Origin: Spirochaetia bacterium
GTDB lineage: Bacteria; Spirochaetota; Spirochaetia; SZUA-6; Bin103
Assembly (NCBI GenBank): GCA_965198005.1
Contig: CBDAOI010000002.1
Coordinates: forward strand, 544,001 to 608,000
Reading direction: 5' to 3'
DNA: 64,000 bases
Below, piece after piece: positions 34,471 through 45,284 of this stretch. The translations under genes were made by a program, and so were the position numbers. The notes under the pieces were generated by a model. That model searched no databases. It saw only the letters and a list, made by a program, of their open reading frames with translations, and was not told the origin of the DNA. The first letter of the stretch is position 1. Each line of letters opens with the position of its first letter.

Positions 34471-34727
34471 CGCGGCCGCTCCCAGGAGTCGGCACGAGCA
34501 ACGTGCTGCATCACTGCTACAAAATACCGCACGTGCGGCCCGCTCGCCATGAACCTCATGGCTGGCGTCGCGTTCTCGGCCTGGCGCTGGCCCGTGCTCG
34601 CAACCTCGTCGGATATGTCATAGTAGGGGGCACTGAGCCACCCCCCGCATGCACCTCACACGACAGATCCCCCGGCAAGGATGATCGCTTGGCGTCTGTA
34701 AGTTCCCCTCTACAATCGGGTTGTAAC

Positions 34728-35033
34728 TTACTGACCCGCTGCTCGCTGTAACTGGGCCACGTCCGGGTTCAGTTGGCGGATCTCGCTGGCAGTGGTTTTC
34801 TCGACCGCTGCGGCGATCTTCTCCGGCAGGCCGTCCAGTTCCGTCAACTGTCTCCGTACGTCGTGGCCCAGCGTCTCCACTTCCTTGGTAAGTCGGTCGA
34901 GCCGACCGTCGACCCCATCGAGCCGACCGCGCATCTCGGCCAACCCGCTACGCATCTCGGTTGGTAGCTCGCCTACGGCCTGGAGCACGTCTTGCAACGT
35001 CGGTTCTTTGCCGTCCTCCTCGGATGTCGCCAT
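34728..35033 (-). CDS. Small coiled-coil protein
   Basis: AGGAGG RBS; heptads (RLDGVDG RLDRLTK); C-terminus resembles 52958-53155. Confidence 0.6.
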   Translation of the reverse strand: MATSEEDGKEPTLQDVLQAVGELPTEMRSGLAEMRGRLDGVDGRLDRLTKEVETLGHDVRRQLTELDGLPEKIAAAVEKTTASEIRQLNPDVAQLQRAAGQ

Positions 35034-35189
35034 CGGATCCTCCTGTGGTGGTGGGGTCCACTCCAGCGACTCCTCACCGATCTGACCAATCTTAGTATAA
35101 ATGCTTGACCATGTAGCCCCCGCCGGTAAACTGCTCCCTTGGGGGAGCCAATGACCGGCTGGAGCACAAGATTGACCGTGTTCAAGGAA

Positions 35190-36005
35190 GCCCTGACGAG
35201 GCGGCCATGCCGCACCACGCCAACCGCGACGCCGGGAATGTCGAAGTCGCGCATGATCCGGGAAATGGGACGGTCCTGCATTACCTGTTCTTCACGGAGC
35301 ACGAGATTCGAATCGGCTTTCAGCGCGGCGCAGGTTCCTGGTCCTACGTCGGCCGCGACGCGGTCGACTATGGGTCCGGCCGGTCGCGGCGCACCATGAA
35401 CTTCGGGTGGGACCTGACGACGCGCTACGGGCGCGACACCGCGTTGCACGAGGTCGGCCACGCCTTGGGATTTCCGCTGGGACGAGGACACGATCCGGCA
35501 CAACATTCTACGCAAGATCCATCTGCTGTCGATCGAGGGTTCGGAATGGGACCCCGACTCCATCATGCACTATCCGTTTCCGGCGGGACTGATTCTGAAG
35601 CCGGAGCGTTATCGGGAGCAACCGCTCATTCCCGAACCGGGGCTCTCGCCGACCGACGTCAAGCAGGTCATGGCGTTCTATCCGCCGCTGCGTCCGGCGC
35701 TCCCGGAACTGCGCCCCCTGAGGTCGGCGACGCTGACGCTTGCACCGGGCGAGCAGGCGGACTTCCTGGTCAGGCCGGGGGACAGCCGCGAGTACACGAT
35801 CCGGACGTTCGGTGCGGCGGACTCGGTCCTGGTGCTGTTCGAACAGATCGACGGAGCCAACCGCTATGTCGATGGCGACGACGACAGCGGGGCCGACCGC
35901 AATGCCTGCATGCGCCAGCGGCTGGTGCGCGGCCGGACCTATGTGGTTCGTCTTCGCCTGTACCATGCGTCGCGATCGGGCGAGGTGGCAGTGATGCTCT
36001 GGTAA
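35190..36005 (+). pseudogene. Zinc metalloprotease (astacin-like) with C-terminal PPC-like domain, internally deleted and frameshifted
   Basis: SWSYVG, LHEVGHALGFP, then in another frame WDPDSIMHYPF (Met-turn) and GDDDSG. Confidence 0.75.
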
Positions 36006-36089
36006 CGATACCGGCCGGAGGAATGAACCTGCGGGACCTGATTCGGGAGATTATGGACCGGGCTGAACAGCCCTGGCAGGAGGGAGCAC

Positions 36090-36306
36090 ATGCCTGTTAC
36101 CGAAACGCCCGCGCGACGGCAACCAGCTGGCCAAGCTGGTCGTCGATATGGCGACCGGGGCCGTGCCGAACGACAAGGACGAGATTCTCCAGCCGCCGGA
36201 GCCCACCGGACGCGCCAACAGCGCCAAGGCGCGGGCCGCCAGCCAGACGCCGGAGCGCCGGAGCGAGGTAGCCCGCAAGGCAGCCGCGGCACGCTGGGAG
36301 AATTAG
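36090..36306 (+). pseudogene. Small basic 'PKRPRDxNQLAK...ARKAAAARW' protein, ATG out of frame by 1 nt
   Basis: PKRPRDGNQLAKLVVDMATG...TPERRSEVARKAAAARWEN*. Confidence 0.65.
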
Positions 36307-36532
36307 CTGTGAGCGAGCCTCGAAGGGTCGTATGGGGTGCAGTAGGGGTGGTTGGATCTGCAGTAGCTATCTGCAATGACGGTTCTGCTTGGTGCCTTGT
36401 CGAGAGGTCGAATACGAACCGGTTGCCCTACAGCCAGCTTCCTGCCGGACGAATACGAATGGGTGGCGCTACCGCCGGTTCCAGGTACGCCGGCCCACGA
36501 ACAACGAGCTGGTCCTCCTCCCGGAGGAATGT

Positions 36533-36739
36533 GCGGAGATTCGCGATAGCGTCAGATCCACCTTGCGAAACGGGAATGATATGATCTATCTCCCAGCCGT
36601 ACACAGAGTGCACGTTACCATACTGCGTATACTGCATAGCGGAACCAAAGATGTCACGTCGCCACTCGCAAGGTGAGTAGTCTGCTATTGGTGTTCATTT
36701 AAGCCACACAGAACCATTTGTTTCTGACGTGCAGGACAT
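36533..36739 (-). pseudogene. HNH endonuclease fragment
   Basis: WRRDIFG...YGWEIDHIIPVSQGGSDAIANLR, with an internal stop and truncation. Confidence 0.75.
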
Positions 36740-36759
36740 TTTACCTCCCGGTAGTATGT

Positions 36760-37014
36760 TCAGTTCCCGGCCCAACAGTGCAGGTCATCGTGTTCTCTCA
36801 ACAGTTCAAAATACGCGGCTTTGCTGAGAGTACACCTTACCAAGTCCCATGCCTTTGCCGGCGGTATGCTTGAACGCCTTACACCGAATCGAGCAACCCG
36901 TTTCCCACAATCGAAAATACGAACCTGATCATGGTTTGGGGCGGAAGTGTCAAGGATACCGCCGAGTTTCATCTGGATAGTCAGAGCATCTTTTCGAGTG
37001 AAGCTGCGCTTCAT
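36760..37014 (-). CDS. HicA-like small basic protein (putative toxin)
   Basis: 84 aa, basic, NHD followed by beta strands; ATGA overlap with the upstream gene. Confidence 0.45.
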   Translation of the reverse strand: MKRSFTRKDALTIQMKLGGILDTSAPNHDQVRIFDCGKRVARFGVRRSSIPPAKAWDLVRCTLSKAAYFELLREHDDLHCWAGN

Positions 37015-37343
37015 CGAATCTCGATATAGTCCTTCAGGATGGACAATTGCCACTCCATGAATGCGCTGAGTGAATTCCTATTCTCCCTAAGACAATCAAA
37101 GGCATAGACTATGTCGTGCAATAGCGACACATACGCCTCTAAAATGTCATCCCCCTGCATACTAATCGCAGCCTCATCGAAGCTTGCCATCCAAGCTCCG
37201 TCCTCTGTTTCAAACACACGAATGGGTATCGGAACCTTCAACGTGTATCGATCCGTAGGTAAATGGCAAACATGCTGATCCGCAGTACTCCACATCGGCA
37301 CGCTTTCGCTGTCCGCACCGGTCGCAGATTTCTCAACGTGCAT
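37011..37343 (-). CDS. HicB-like protein (putative antitoxin)
   Basis: EDGAWMASF...SMQGDDILEA HicB-type pattern. Confidence 0.5.
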   Translation of the reverse strand: MHVEKSATGADSESVPMWSTADQHVCHLPTDRYTLKVPIPIRVFETEDGAWMASFDEAAISMQGDDILEAYVSLLHDIVYAFDCLRENRNSLSAFMEWQLSILKDYIEIR

Positions 37344-37679
37344 ATCGTGCTGGGTGCTAGAATCGTCCCGTCTGGAAGCTTAATGGTGGTAGGTGCGACG
37401 ATCACCAACTGGATAGGCACGACCTCCGTCTCGACCTTCTGAATCTGGACCTTCTGCGGGACAGGGATGCTTCCGGGTGTGGCAGGCATAGTCTGGCCGT
37501 CCTCCTCTCATGTACCGCTTAGGTATAGGTCTCATCGACCTTATGCGGATGTTCCCGGGACGACGCATGAGCGTGGAGTGCATGACCGAGAGCGTAGTAG
37601 GCGTAGCCCGCCAGTGCGAGCCCACTCTCGCCGCCCAGATGCACATCGTGGTTCAGGATCCACTGCAGCCACAGGCCAC

Positions 37680-38375
37680 GGCGTCGACGATCGTCGCGCG
37701 TCGTTCATAGCGATCAGCGATCAGGTTGAACAACAGTTCGCCACCAGCGCGGTCGAACGGGACAAAGCCCAGCTCGTCGATGATCAACAAGCTCACCCGA
37801 CGCAGCCGCAGCTGCAGCCGTCCCAGTTCCCGGTCGTCCCTGGCCTCCAGCAGCTGGCGCACCAGATCGGCCGCTTTGACGAACAGCACGCGGAACCGCC
37901 GCTTGGCCGCTTCCACTCCCAAAGCGATGGCCAGATGCGATTTGCCGGTGCCGATCGGACCGGCGATCACCACATCCTCGGGCTTCTCGACGAACTGACA
38001 GGTCGCCAGTTCGATGATCTGCTGCTTGGAGACCCCCGCCATGGCATCCCAGTCGATCTGCCCCAGGGTCTTCAGGTCGGGAAAGCGCGCTTCGCGCAGC
38101 CGGCGCGCAGTGGTGCTGGCTTCACGGGCGCGGATCTCGCTGTCGAGCAGTTCCCGCAGGTATTCCGCGTAGGTCCAGGAGTCGGCACCGGCTTGGCGAG
38201 CGAGTTGCCCGTATTCACGCCGCATGGTCGGCAGCTTGAGAGACTTCAGGTGCTGCTCGATCACCGCATCCGTCAGCTCGCTCATCAGTCGCTCCCCAGC
38301 AGCAGCGCGTCGTAGGCAGCGGCGGGCGTCGACTCCACTTGGTAATGCTGCAGCGCCGCCGGTACCGGCACCGTC
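37680..38375 (-). mobile_element. istB: IS21 remnant: IstA C-terminal tip plus truncated IstB
   Basis: GPIGTGKSHLA, LLIIDELGF; upstream overlapping VESTPAAAYDALL*. Confidence 0.9.
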
Positions 38376-38389
38376 GCCGGCGGCGTGCT

Positions 38390-39009
38390 CGGCTGTCCTG
38401 CTGAAGCATCCAAACGACCGATTGAGCGTCCAACCGGGTGCTGGGACCAGACATGCTCCGCCTGCGGGCCTCTTCGAGTACGCAGTCGAGAAACTCTAGG
38501 GCGTACTCGTACTCACCCCCTATATCACCAGCGGAATACGGTGGATAGCCCAACCTCCGATACGTGTCTCGGAACCGACCCCGCCGGTACGGCGGATACC
38601 GTGCGGGGTCGATCCCCATCATGAAATACGAAGCAGCATTGAGGCGAGTGCCCGTGGCTCCTCGTGGTAACACGCTCTCGGGCAGCTTGGCATCGAATGA
38701 GCGAACGCGGTCGCCGGGGCGGCGGCCGTCTTCGGACCACAGTTCAAAAAGCGCACCACGCGCCTCGTCCACGTTGCGGTCGATCCATCCGATGAGTTTC
38801 GTGTTATTGCGCCAGTTAACGATGTTGTTCTGCTTGTGCCCGATCGCTTCTTTCACCAGCCTCGGCCAGTCTCGTTCATCGCGTAGCAGCGCCTCGCGGG
38901 CTCTCGTCAGCGCCCTACCAAGTTCGATCTTGTATCGTTCTACCCGGTCAATCTCCTCGTACCTCTCCCTCGCCGTTGCGAGGTACGAGTCCCATGCGGC
39001 TTCCGTCAT
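38390..39009 (-). pseudogene. N-terminal domain of a McrB-like restriction protein, truncated at the IS21 junction
   Basis: ERYKIE, YPPY, RLDAQSVVW pattern; no GTPase domain follows. Confidence 0.4.
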
Positions 39010-39065
39010 CGAGATGCCGGGATGTCGCGTTCGTTACGATTCTGCTGTTGAACGCGGATGTTCAT

Positions 39066-39317
39066 TCAGGTCAGAACCCGAAGAGCCTGCTCGGGTGCCT
39101 TGTCGAGTATTCGGAGCAGTGCCCTTGCCGCGCCGGTCGGGCAACGTTTGCCCTGCTCCCAGTTGCGGATCGTCTCGTGCGGCACGTCGATGCGACGCGC
39201 CAACTCCACCTGCGTCAGTCCCAGGCGCCGGCGCACCCGGCGGGTATACTGCGCCATGTCCCGCATCGCCTCGGCGTCGTCCTCGTACTGCTGCAAGCCA
39301 AGGTCCCTTTCGGTCAT
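39066..39317 (-). pseudogene. XRE-family HTH antitoxin-like fragment
   Basis: RRRLGLTQVELA...TIRNWEQGKRCPTGAARALL. Confidence 0.8.
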
Positions 39318-39329
39318 CTCACCTGGCGG

Positions 39330-39650
39330 GCAACAACCTGCTTTGAGCGCTGGTGCAGCCTGCTGCGGAAAGGGTGCGTCGCCGCGGTGATCAAGGAACT
39401 GCAGGAGTTGCACGACAGCGGCCGCTACACCGAGAAGCAGTGCTACGACATCCAAGGCGAGATCAACTACTTCACGGCGAACAAGGAGCGGATGGACTAC
39501 CCGCTGTATCGGTCGGTCGGTCTGCCGATCGGCAGCGGCGTAGTGGACAGCGCGTGCAAAAAACGTGGTCGCCGCGCGGTTGAAGCAGAGCGGCATGACG
39601 TGGTCGCTGAACGGAGCGAAGGACATGCTCCAGCTTCGGGCATCCGTCCT
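39330..39650 (+). mobile_element. ISKra4/ISLre2-type transposase C-terminal fragment
   Basis: NYFTANKERMDY...PIGSGVVDSACK, RLKQSGMTW. Confidence 0.85.
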
Positions 39651-39699
39651 CTTTCCAGGAGAGGAACATCGTGTTCGCGGGCAACGACGCCGATGGGCT

Positions 39700-39867
39700 G
39701 CGGTACGGCACCACCGATTCGCCAGCCAGTCGCGCAGCAGCCCTTCCTCGATCGGGCGATTGGACCCGGTCGGACCGGTCACCCATGAAGCGGTAGTCCA
39801 ACTCGTCCCGGAGCAACGCGATGACACGGGTTTGGGTCGCGCGCTCGGACTTGCCGATGTCGTTCAC
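39700..39867 (-). pseudogene. hsdR: Type I restriction HsdR N-terminal fragment
   Basis: GKSERATQTRVIALLRDELDY...NRPIEEGLL; position at the end of the hsdS operon. Confidence 0.65.
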
Positions 39868-40420
39868 CGATGACCCAGCCAGTACTGTTCGACCATCCAC
39901 AACGGCTCGCCCTTCAGGCACAGTCTGATGAGCTGAATCAGCCGTTCGTAGTCTTTCGAGTCGAGCTTCGACCAGCGGGCGAGCTGCCATTCCTTCCGGT
40001 ATCCGCCGATATCTAGCCTGGCAAGCGTTCTCAACATCGCTGCATCGATGGGTGGGTGCAGATTCTTCACCCGTGCATCGGCGTGGTACCCACCGCATAC
40101 GAGACGGGACTTCAGATAGCAGGTGATGAGTTTCGCCGCGACGCCGTGCGTGAAGGTCAGGTTGTGACGCACCGCCTGGCTCACGACCCGCCTTCGCCAC
40201 GCCCGATGGCAGACATCCATCTTCGCCGGCGCCGGCAGCCGCTCGGGGGTCGTGAAATCCTCGTCGAAACCGCAGAACTCAAGAATGTCCAGACCCTAGT
40301 TCAACCTTGAAGCGACAGCCCGCGACCGATGCGGCCCGACCGGCCGCCCACGCTGCGAACATGTGCTGGTGGCGTTCGATACCGTAGGGTTGCGCCGGCT
40401 TGTCCGCCAGCCGGGAGGCA
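39864..40420 (-). pseudogene. Hypothetical RM-associated gene, frameshifted near 40290
   Basis: HMFAAWAAGRAAS continues, after a shift, as THGVAAKLITCYLK...LHPPID; stop overlaps the hsdR GTG. Confidence 0.5.
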
Positions 40421-40476
40421 CGCGGTGTCCTGCCGCCAGGCCGCCCGTTCACCCCGATCGGACTCACCACGGTCGC

Positions 40477-42447
40477 TTACGCGGCGGCGCCCTCGCCGAG
40501 GATCTCGACGGTGACGTAACGCTTGAACTCGTCGACGCCCGTGAAGCACCGGAACCCTGCCTGACTGGCGAGGGCCAGCGTCTGCCCTTCCTCGTTCAGC
40601 AACACAGCCACGGGCTGGCTCAGCTCCTCCTGGATGCCGTTCGGCCACACGAGATCGAAGACCGCCTTCTGTTCGCCGGACTCCGGGTCCGAGAAGTCAT
40701 AGGCCACCACACCGCGGGGGAGACCTGTGGCCTCCATCCACTCGTTCAGCGATTCCAGCTGTGCCTCTTCCTCCTCGCTCGTGATGCCGCCAAGGACACG
40801 GGCCGGCACAGGCGCGACCGCCGTCGCACTCGCGAGCCACCGGGTGTCGCCGTGCAGCAGATCCTCCATACGCCGGTTGAGCTCCGCCGCCAGCAACTCC
40901 TTCCTGGCTTCGAGGAAGTCCCGAAACCTTTCCATCTTCCAGAGTGCCGGGTCCATCGGGATCCACTGTGACGCCAGGCCGCCGGGGTGACGTGTCTCGA
41001 ACTTCGGGAAGTATTCCTCAGGCAGCCGGTCGCTGATCTCCAGGTTCGTGTCCTTAGTCTGGAAGCAGAAGTTCGCGAGGGCGTTGACTTCCGGGCGCCT
41101 GTACTTGCACTCGTAGAGCCGGGCCTTCGGGAAAATGTGGTGCACCTCCAGGCTACTCATCTTGCCGAGCAGGCTCGCCTTGAGCGGCAGCCCGGCCCCC
41201 CAGTCCTTGGCTTCTCCCATGCGGGTAAGCAGGTACAGCACCGGATAGAACCGCGCGCCGAGGCTCCACCCGGTGAAGTGGCCCGGCTCGGCCCGCAGCC
41301 CCCCGTGCCAGAGCCGCAACTGCTCCAGCAGCTTGTCAAGGCCGCCGTCGTCGCCTTCGAGCGCGGCGAGGTCCTGGTCGATGAAGGACTCGGTGGAGCC
41401 GGAGAAGCGCCCCCACATGGCCGCCTGCACGAACCAGAAGAGCAGCTTGTCGCGTTCCTTCGCACTCATCGCGCCGCGTTGCTTCGCTTGGCGCTGGTCG
41501 AGATAGCGCACCATCACCGGCACGCCGAAGCGACCAAAGAACACCTGGTCGTGGTCGAGACCCAGCCGCCCGCCGATGAAATTGAGGCTCGTGTCGATGT
41601 GTTTCGTCGTGCGGGCGAGCGCGTCCTGTACCTCGGTGGCACTCTTCTCATGCAGGTGCTGGAACCTTGCCTCCCCGGTCAGCACCGTGTTCACCGAGCG
41701 CAGCAGCCAGTCGAGCGTGAAGTGGTAGCCGGCGTTGTTCCACTCCTTGAGCCTGACCTTCATCGCATCGCGCCCTTCAGGCCACTCGGCGCAGATCTTG
41801 GCGAGGGCAAGGTCGCCCTTGGAGAGCTTGGTGCCACCGCTGTTCACCCGGTTGAAGATGTTGACGACCACGTCGAGCGACTTGTCCGCGCCGGTGACTT
41901 CCTCAACGTGCAGGTCCACCTCGACGATACCGAGCAGCTGGCTCAGGCGCCCGACGTAGTCGCCGACCTTGGGCGCTAGCGCCGGCTGCTCCGTGAGGCG
42001 CGTGCGCGTGACGAACTCGCCCAGCCCCGCGATGCCCTTCTGCATCAGCTCGGTCACGTCGGTCCACAGCGGATCGCCCTTCATCTTCACCGGCTGGTAG
42101 AACTCGAAGGTCTCCATCTCCAGATGAAAGCGCAGTCCCGTGAACGCCCGGGTGTTGCCATCAAAGAACTTTGGCGCCCTCCCACGCACCACGCCGTACA
42201 GGGAGGTCATGCGCTGCTGGCCGTCGAGCAGGAGCTTCACCACCCCCGCGGCAAGCGCGCCGTCACCGCGGTGCGCGGCGGTCTTCGCCTCGGTGGCCCA
42301 CACCAGGAGCCCGCCAACCGGATGGCGGCGGTAGAGCGAGTCGAACAGGCCGCGCACCTGATCGCGGTTCCAGACGTAGCCACGCTGGAACTCGGGCAAT
42401 GCCATGTGCCCGCTGTCGATGTAGTCGAGAATTGTGGAGATCTTCAT
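40477..42447 (-). CDS. GmrSD-like nuclease (DUF262 plus HNH-like) with extra C-terminal domain
   Basis: LPEFQRGYVW, LLDGQQR, FNRVNSGG, EVHHIFPK...N...N. Confidence 0.88.
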   Translation of the reverse strand: MKISTILDYIDSGHMALPEFQRGYVWNRDQVRGLFDSLYRRHPVGGLLVWATEAKTAAHRGDGALAAGVVKLLLDGQQRMTSLYGVVRGRAPKFFDGNTRAFTGLRFHLEMETFEFYQPVKMKGDPLWTDVTELMQKGIAGLGEFVTRTRLTEQPALAPKVGDYVGRLSQLLGIVEVDLHVEEVTGADKSLDVVVNIFNRVNSGGTKLSKGDLALAKICAEWPEGRDAMKVRLKEWNNAGYHFTLDWLLRSVNTVLTGEARFQHLHEKSATEVQDALARTTKHIDTSLNFIGGRLGLDHDQVFFGRFGVPVMVRYLDQRQAKQRGAMSAKERDKLLFWFVQAAMWGRFSGSTESFIDQDLAALEGDDGGLDKLLEQLRLWHGGLRAEPGHFTGWSLGARFYPVLYLLTRMGEAKDWGAGLPLKASLLGKMSSLEVHHIFPKARLYECKYRRPEVNALANFCFQTKDTNLEISDRLPEEYFPKFETRHPGGLASQWIPMDPALWKMERFRDFLEARKELLAAELNRRMEDLLHGDTRWLASATAVAPVPARVLGGITSEEEEAQLESLNEWMEATGLPRGVVAYDFSDPESGEQKAVFDLVWPNGIQEELSQPVAVLLNEEGQTLALASQAGFRCFTGVDEFKRYVTVEILGEGAAA

Positions 42448-42700
42448 ATCAGCCTTGTCCTGCCGGTGAGGAGTTCCTGCATCATGCCCTGCTTGAGGTC
42501 ACGGGTCCTGTCCCGCCGCGACTCCAACGCTGACAGTTCGGCGTCCATGTCGGCGAGTACGGCAGCGATGGCCGTTTGCTCAGGGGCAGAGGGAACCGTT
42601 ACCTCTATTCTGGAGAGCGCAGCCGCACTGATGTGCACTACTGCATTACCTTGTCCCATGCTCGCCTTCTGCGCGTTGATGGGCGACATACAGTAGGAAG
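42444..42700 (-). pseudogene. hsdS: Type I restriction specificity subunit C-terminus
   Basis: EQTAIAAVLADMDAEL...LKQGMMQELLTGRTRL. Confidence 0.88.
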
Positions 42701-42741
42701 TCTCGTGAACACCTAATGTCAGTGATTCGGTCCGCGTTCTC

Positions 42742-43180
42742 TGGGGTGGTCCCGGTTCGTTGGACAGCCCGAGGGATAGGTTAAGGTGTATTCCGTTGTT
42801 GTCAACCCACCCCTCCTTGTCAAGAACAGGTGGCGGTAACAGGGGGTGGGGGTCCGGGGGAGGGGGGGCTTGATCCTGTGGACATTGTGGATAACTCCCC
42901 GCACCGGATCGCACACCCGCTCGCCCTCTGACCTCGGAACCCGCAATTGCCACCTGCTCCCCATGTCCGTTACGCCACCTCCCGTCCGGGCGCCGCGACG
43001 CCGCGGTAGGCCTCGGACGGCGTCCGGCCACCGAGTGCCGAGTGCGGTCGTACCTCGTTGTAGAACTCGATCCACTCGTCGATCACCCGCTGCGCCACGA
43101 AGCCGTCCGCCAACTCGTGCAGGTACACCGCCTCGTACTTCAGCGAGCGCCACAGCCGCTCGATGAACACGTTGTCCAGA
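42742..43180 (-). mobile_element. IS3-family right end and transposase C-terminus
   Basis: NVFIERLWRSLKYE...YNEVRPHSAL; terminal ...CCACCCCA at 42742. Confidence 0.85.
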
Positions 43181-43604
43181 CACCGACCGCGTCGGCGCGG
43201 AGAACGTAGCCCGGAACCTTAGTAGGCTCCAGGCTCAGTGTCGATCGGTCGGATTGCTCGTCGTCGTCGGTACAGGCTTCTACATCAGCGCCCTGCTCTC
43301 CGACTCGCCGCTTGGCGCCGCCGCGCCCGATCGCGGGTTGCGTGACCGCTTGACGCACGAGCTTGAGTTCGACGGTCCCGCGGCGCTCGTCCAGCGCCCG
43401 CAAGCGCTCGATCCCGCCCCCGGACGGTACCGATTCGGAACCGTGAAGTCGCGCGCTGGACACGTCGGCGACCGGCTCCACGATCATCTCGGCGGATTCG
43501 CTCGAGGCGGCGGCCGCGGCCTTGCGCGGATCGCCCACATCCGAACCACGGTGGGCAGGTCCAGCTCTTCCCGGATAGCGAGATGGGCCGACGTGTGTCC
43601 TATT

Positions 43605-44090
43605 CCGGAAGCGGGCATCGTGCGGTTCCGGTCGCGCGGCATCAACCAGACCGGCGACGTGGTGATCGACTACACCCGTAGCGCGCTGATCTACAGGCGC
43701 GGGGCCTCGCCCCAGTATGGACCTGGAGGACTCGGTGCCGGCGGACTAGCGTGCCGCGGCACGCCCGATGATCGAGCCGGCGCTGCCGGAGGTTGCGCGC
43801 GGGCAGCTGCTGGTGCGGGTCAACCCGATCGGCGATCCGGACCACGCGACCGACCTGCGGCCGTGCCGCTGGCCGCGGTGGGGGCCTGATGGTGCCGAAG
43901 CTGGAGCGCGTGGTGTGAGCCGCGGACTCTGGCCGCCGAGCTGGAGGGGCGCGAGGCGGCGGCGCACCTGGCGGCAAGTTCCACCTTCCTGGTGGTCCTG
44001 ATCGAGACGGCCCGCGGCGTGCGCGACGCGGACGCCCTGCTGGAGGCGGCCGCCGGGCGCGGCACCGTGGCGTTCGCCGGCGACCCGCGT
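43605..44090 (+). pseudogene. MaoC-dehydratase tail and CitE/HpcH-like lyase fragments
   Basis: GIVRFRSRGINQTG; DLEDSV, VRVN, LMVPK, LIETARG, with stops and shifts. Confidence 0.6.
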
Positions 44091-44294
44091 CTTCGGGTGG
44101 CAGGTGGTGCCCATCAGCTTGCCCTGCCGCTGCTCCTGCCACACGGTCACCCTCGTTGGTTGTGCTGCCTGCGCACTCATCTCTCTAGTTCCTCCCTGCC
44201 GTCCACGGGATCGCACGCCGCCGTGGGCCAAGCGAGCAGAGCATCACCAAAACAGCCCGGCGGCGTCAAGCCCCGGACGCCGGAGCGCCGCCGG

Positions 44295-45284
44295 CTACTC
44301 ACTCGTTACGCCGCATCGGTCTGCCACCGCGCGTGCGAGCGCACGAAAGTCGCGGTAGCAACCCTGCACGGCGTTGGCGTGGCCACCGATCGCGCCGTCC
44401 GCCGGTTTCAGGGAGAACATCGGTTTCCGCGCCTCCTGTGCCAGCGGCATCAGGCTCCGAAAGTGTTTCAGCGTGGCCAGGCAATGCGGGTCGGTGTCGG
44501 TGGATGGGACGTTGTTCGCGGGCGAATCAATGACGAAGTCTCGATACGCACCCGGGATGCGGCCCATCCAGCGTTCATACGCCTTTGCCGGTCGGTTCAG
44601 CCGTACGGCATGTTGCAGCACCACGTACCCGAGCGGCTGCATCCCGCCTGGCGGCAGGTCGAGGTCGGCCACCGGGTTACGTTCCCGGCGCTCTGCCCAC
44701 TGCTTCCTCCATTGCCGTAGCGTCGGCCCGAGATTGCGCAGGCCTTGTATGGAGTACAGGTCCGGTGCCAGCGGGACCACAACGTGGTCGGCGGTAACCA
44801 ATGCCGCGCGATTCAATGCGCCGAGATTCGGTCCCACGTCCACCAGAATCAGGTCCGCCAGCATCTGTTCCGCGGCCATGCGCAGGGCACGCCAAAGCGC
44901 AGACAGCACACGGAAGGCTCGTGGCTTCTGGTCGAGACAGTCCGGCCAATTGCTCGCCAGTTCATCTTCCGCGCCCGACAACAGCATGTCGCCGGCGACC
45001 AGCCCGATCCCCACTGCCGGCTCGATCACACGCGGCTGTTGTACGTCTCCGGTTCCGTCCAGCAGTGGGCGCAGCGCGGCATAGATCGTTCCGTTACCGT
45101 GATCATCCGCCCAGAGCCGCTCCAACTCGCCATCGTCCAGAAACATGCTGGTCAGGTTGGCCTGCGGATCCAGATCGGCCACCACCACCTTGTAGTCAAG
45201 CCTGGCGTACATCCACGCGAGGTGATAGACGAGGGAGGTCTTCCCCACGCCGCCCTTGTTGTTGAACACGGCGATGCTCTTCAC
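44295..45284 (-). CDS. ParA/MinD-like ATPase
   Basis: NNKGGVGKTS, DLDPQANLT, VDVGPNLG; GTGA overlap with the upstream gene. Confidence 0.9.
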   Translation of the reverse strand: MKSIAVFNNKGGVGKTSLVYHLAWMYARLDYKVVVADLDPQANLTSMFLDDGELERLWADDHGNGTIYAALRPLLDGTGDVQQPRVIEPAVGIGLVAGDMLLSGAEDELASNWPDCLDQKPRAFRVLSALWRALRMAAEQMLADLILVDVGPNLGALNRAALVTADHVVVPLAPDLYSIQGLRNLGPTLRQWRKQWAERRERNPVADLDLPPGGMQPLGYVVLQHAVRLNRPAKAYERWMGRIPGAYRDFVIDSPANNVPSTDTDPHCLATLKHFRSLMPLAQEARKPMFSLKPADGAIGGHANAVQGCYRDFRALARAVADRCGVTSE

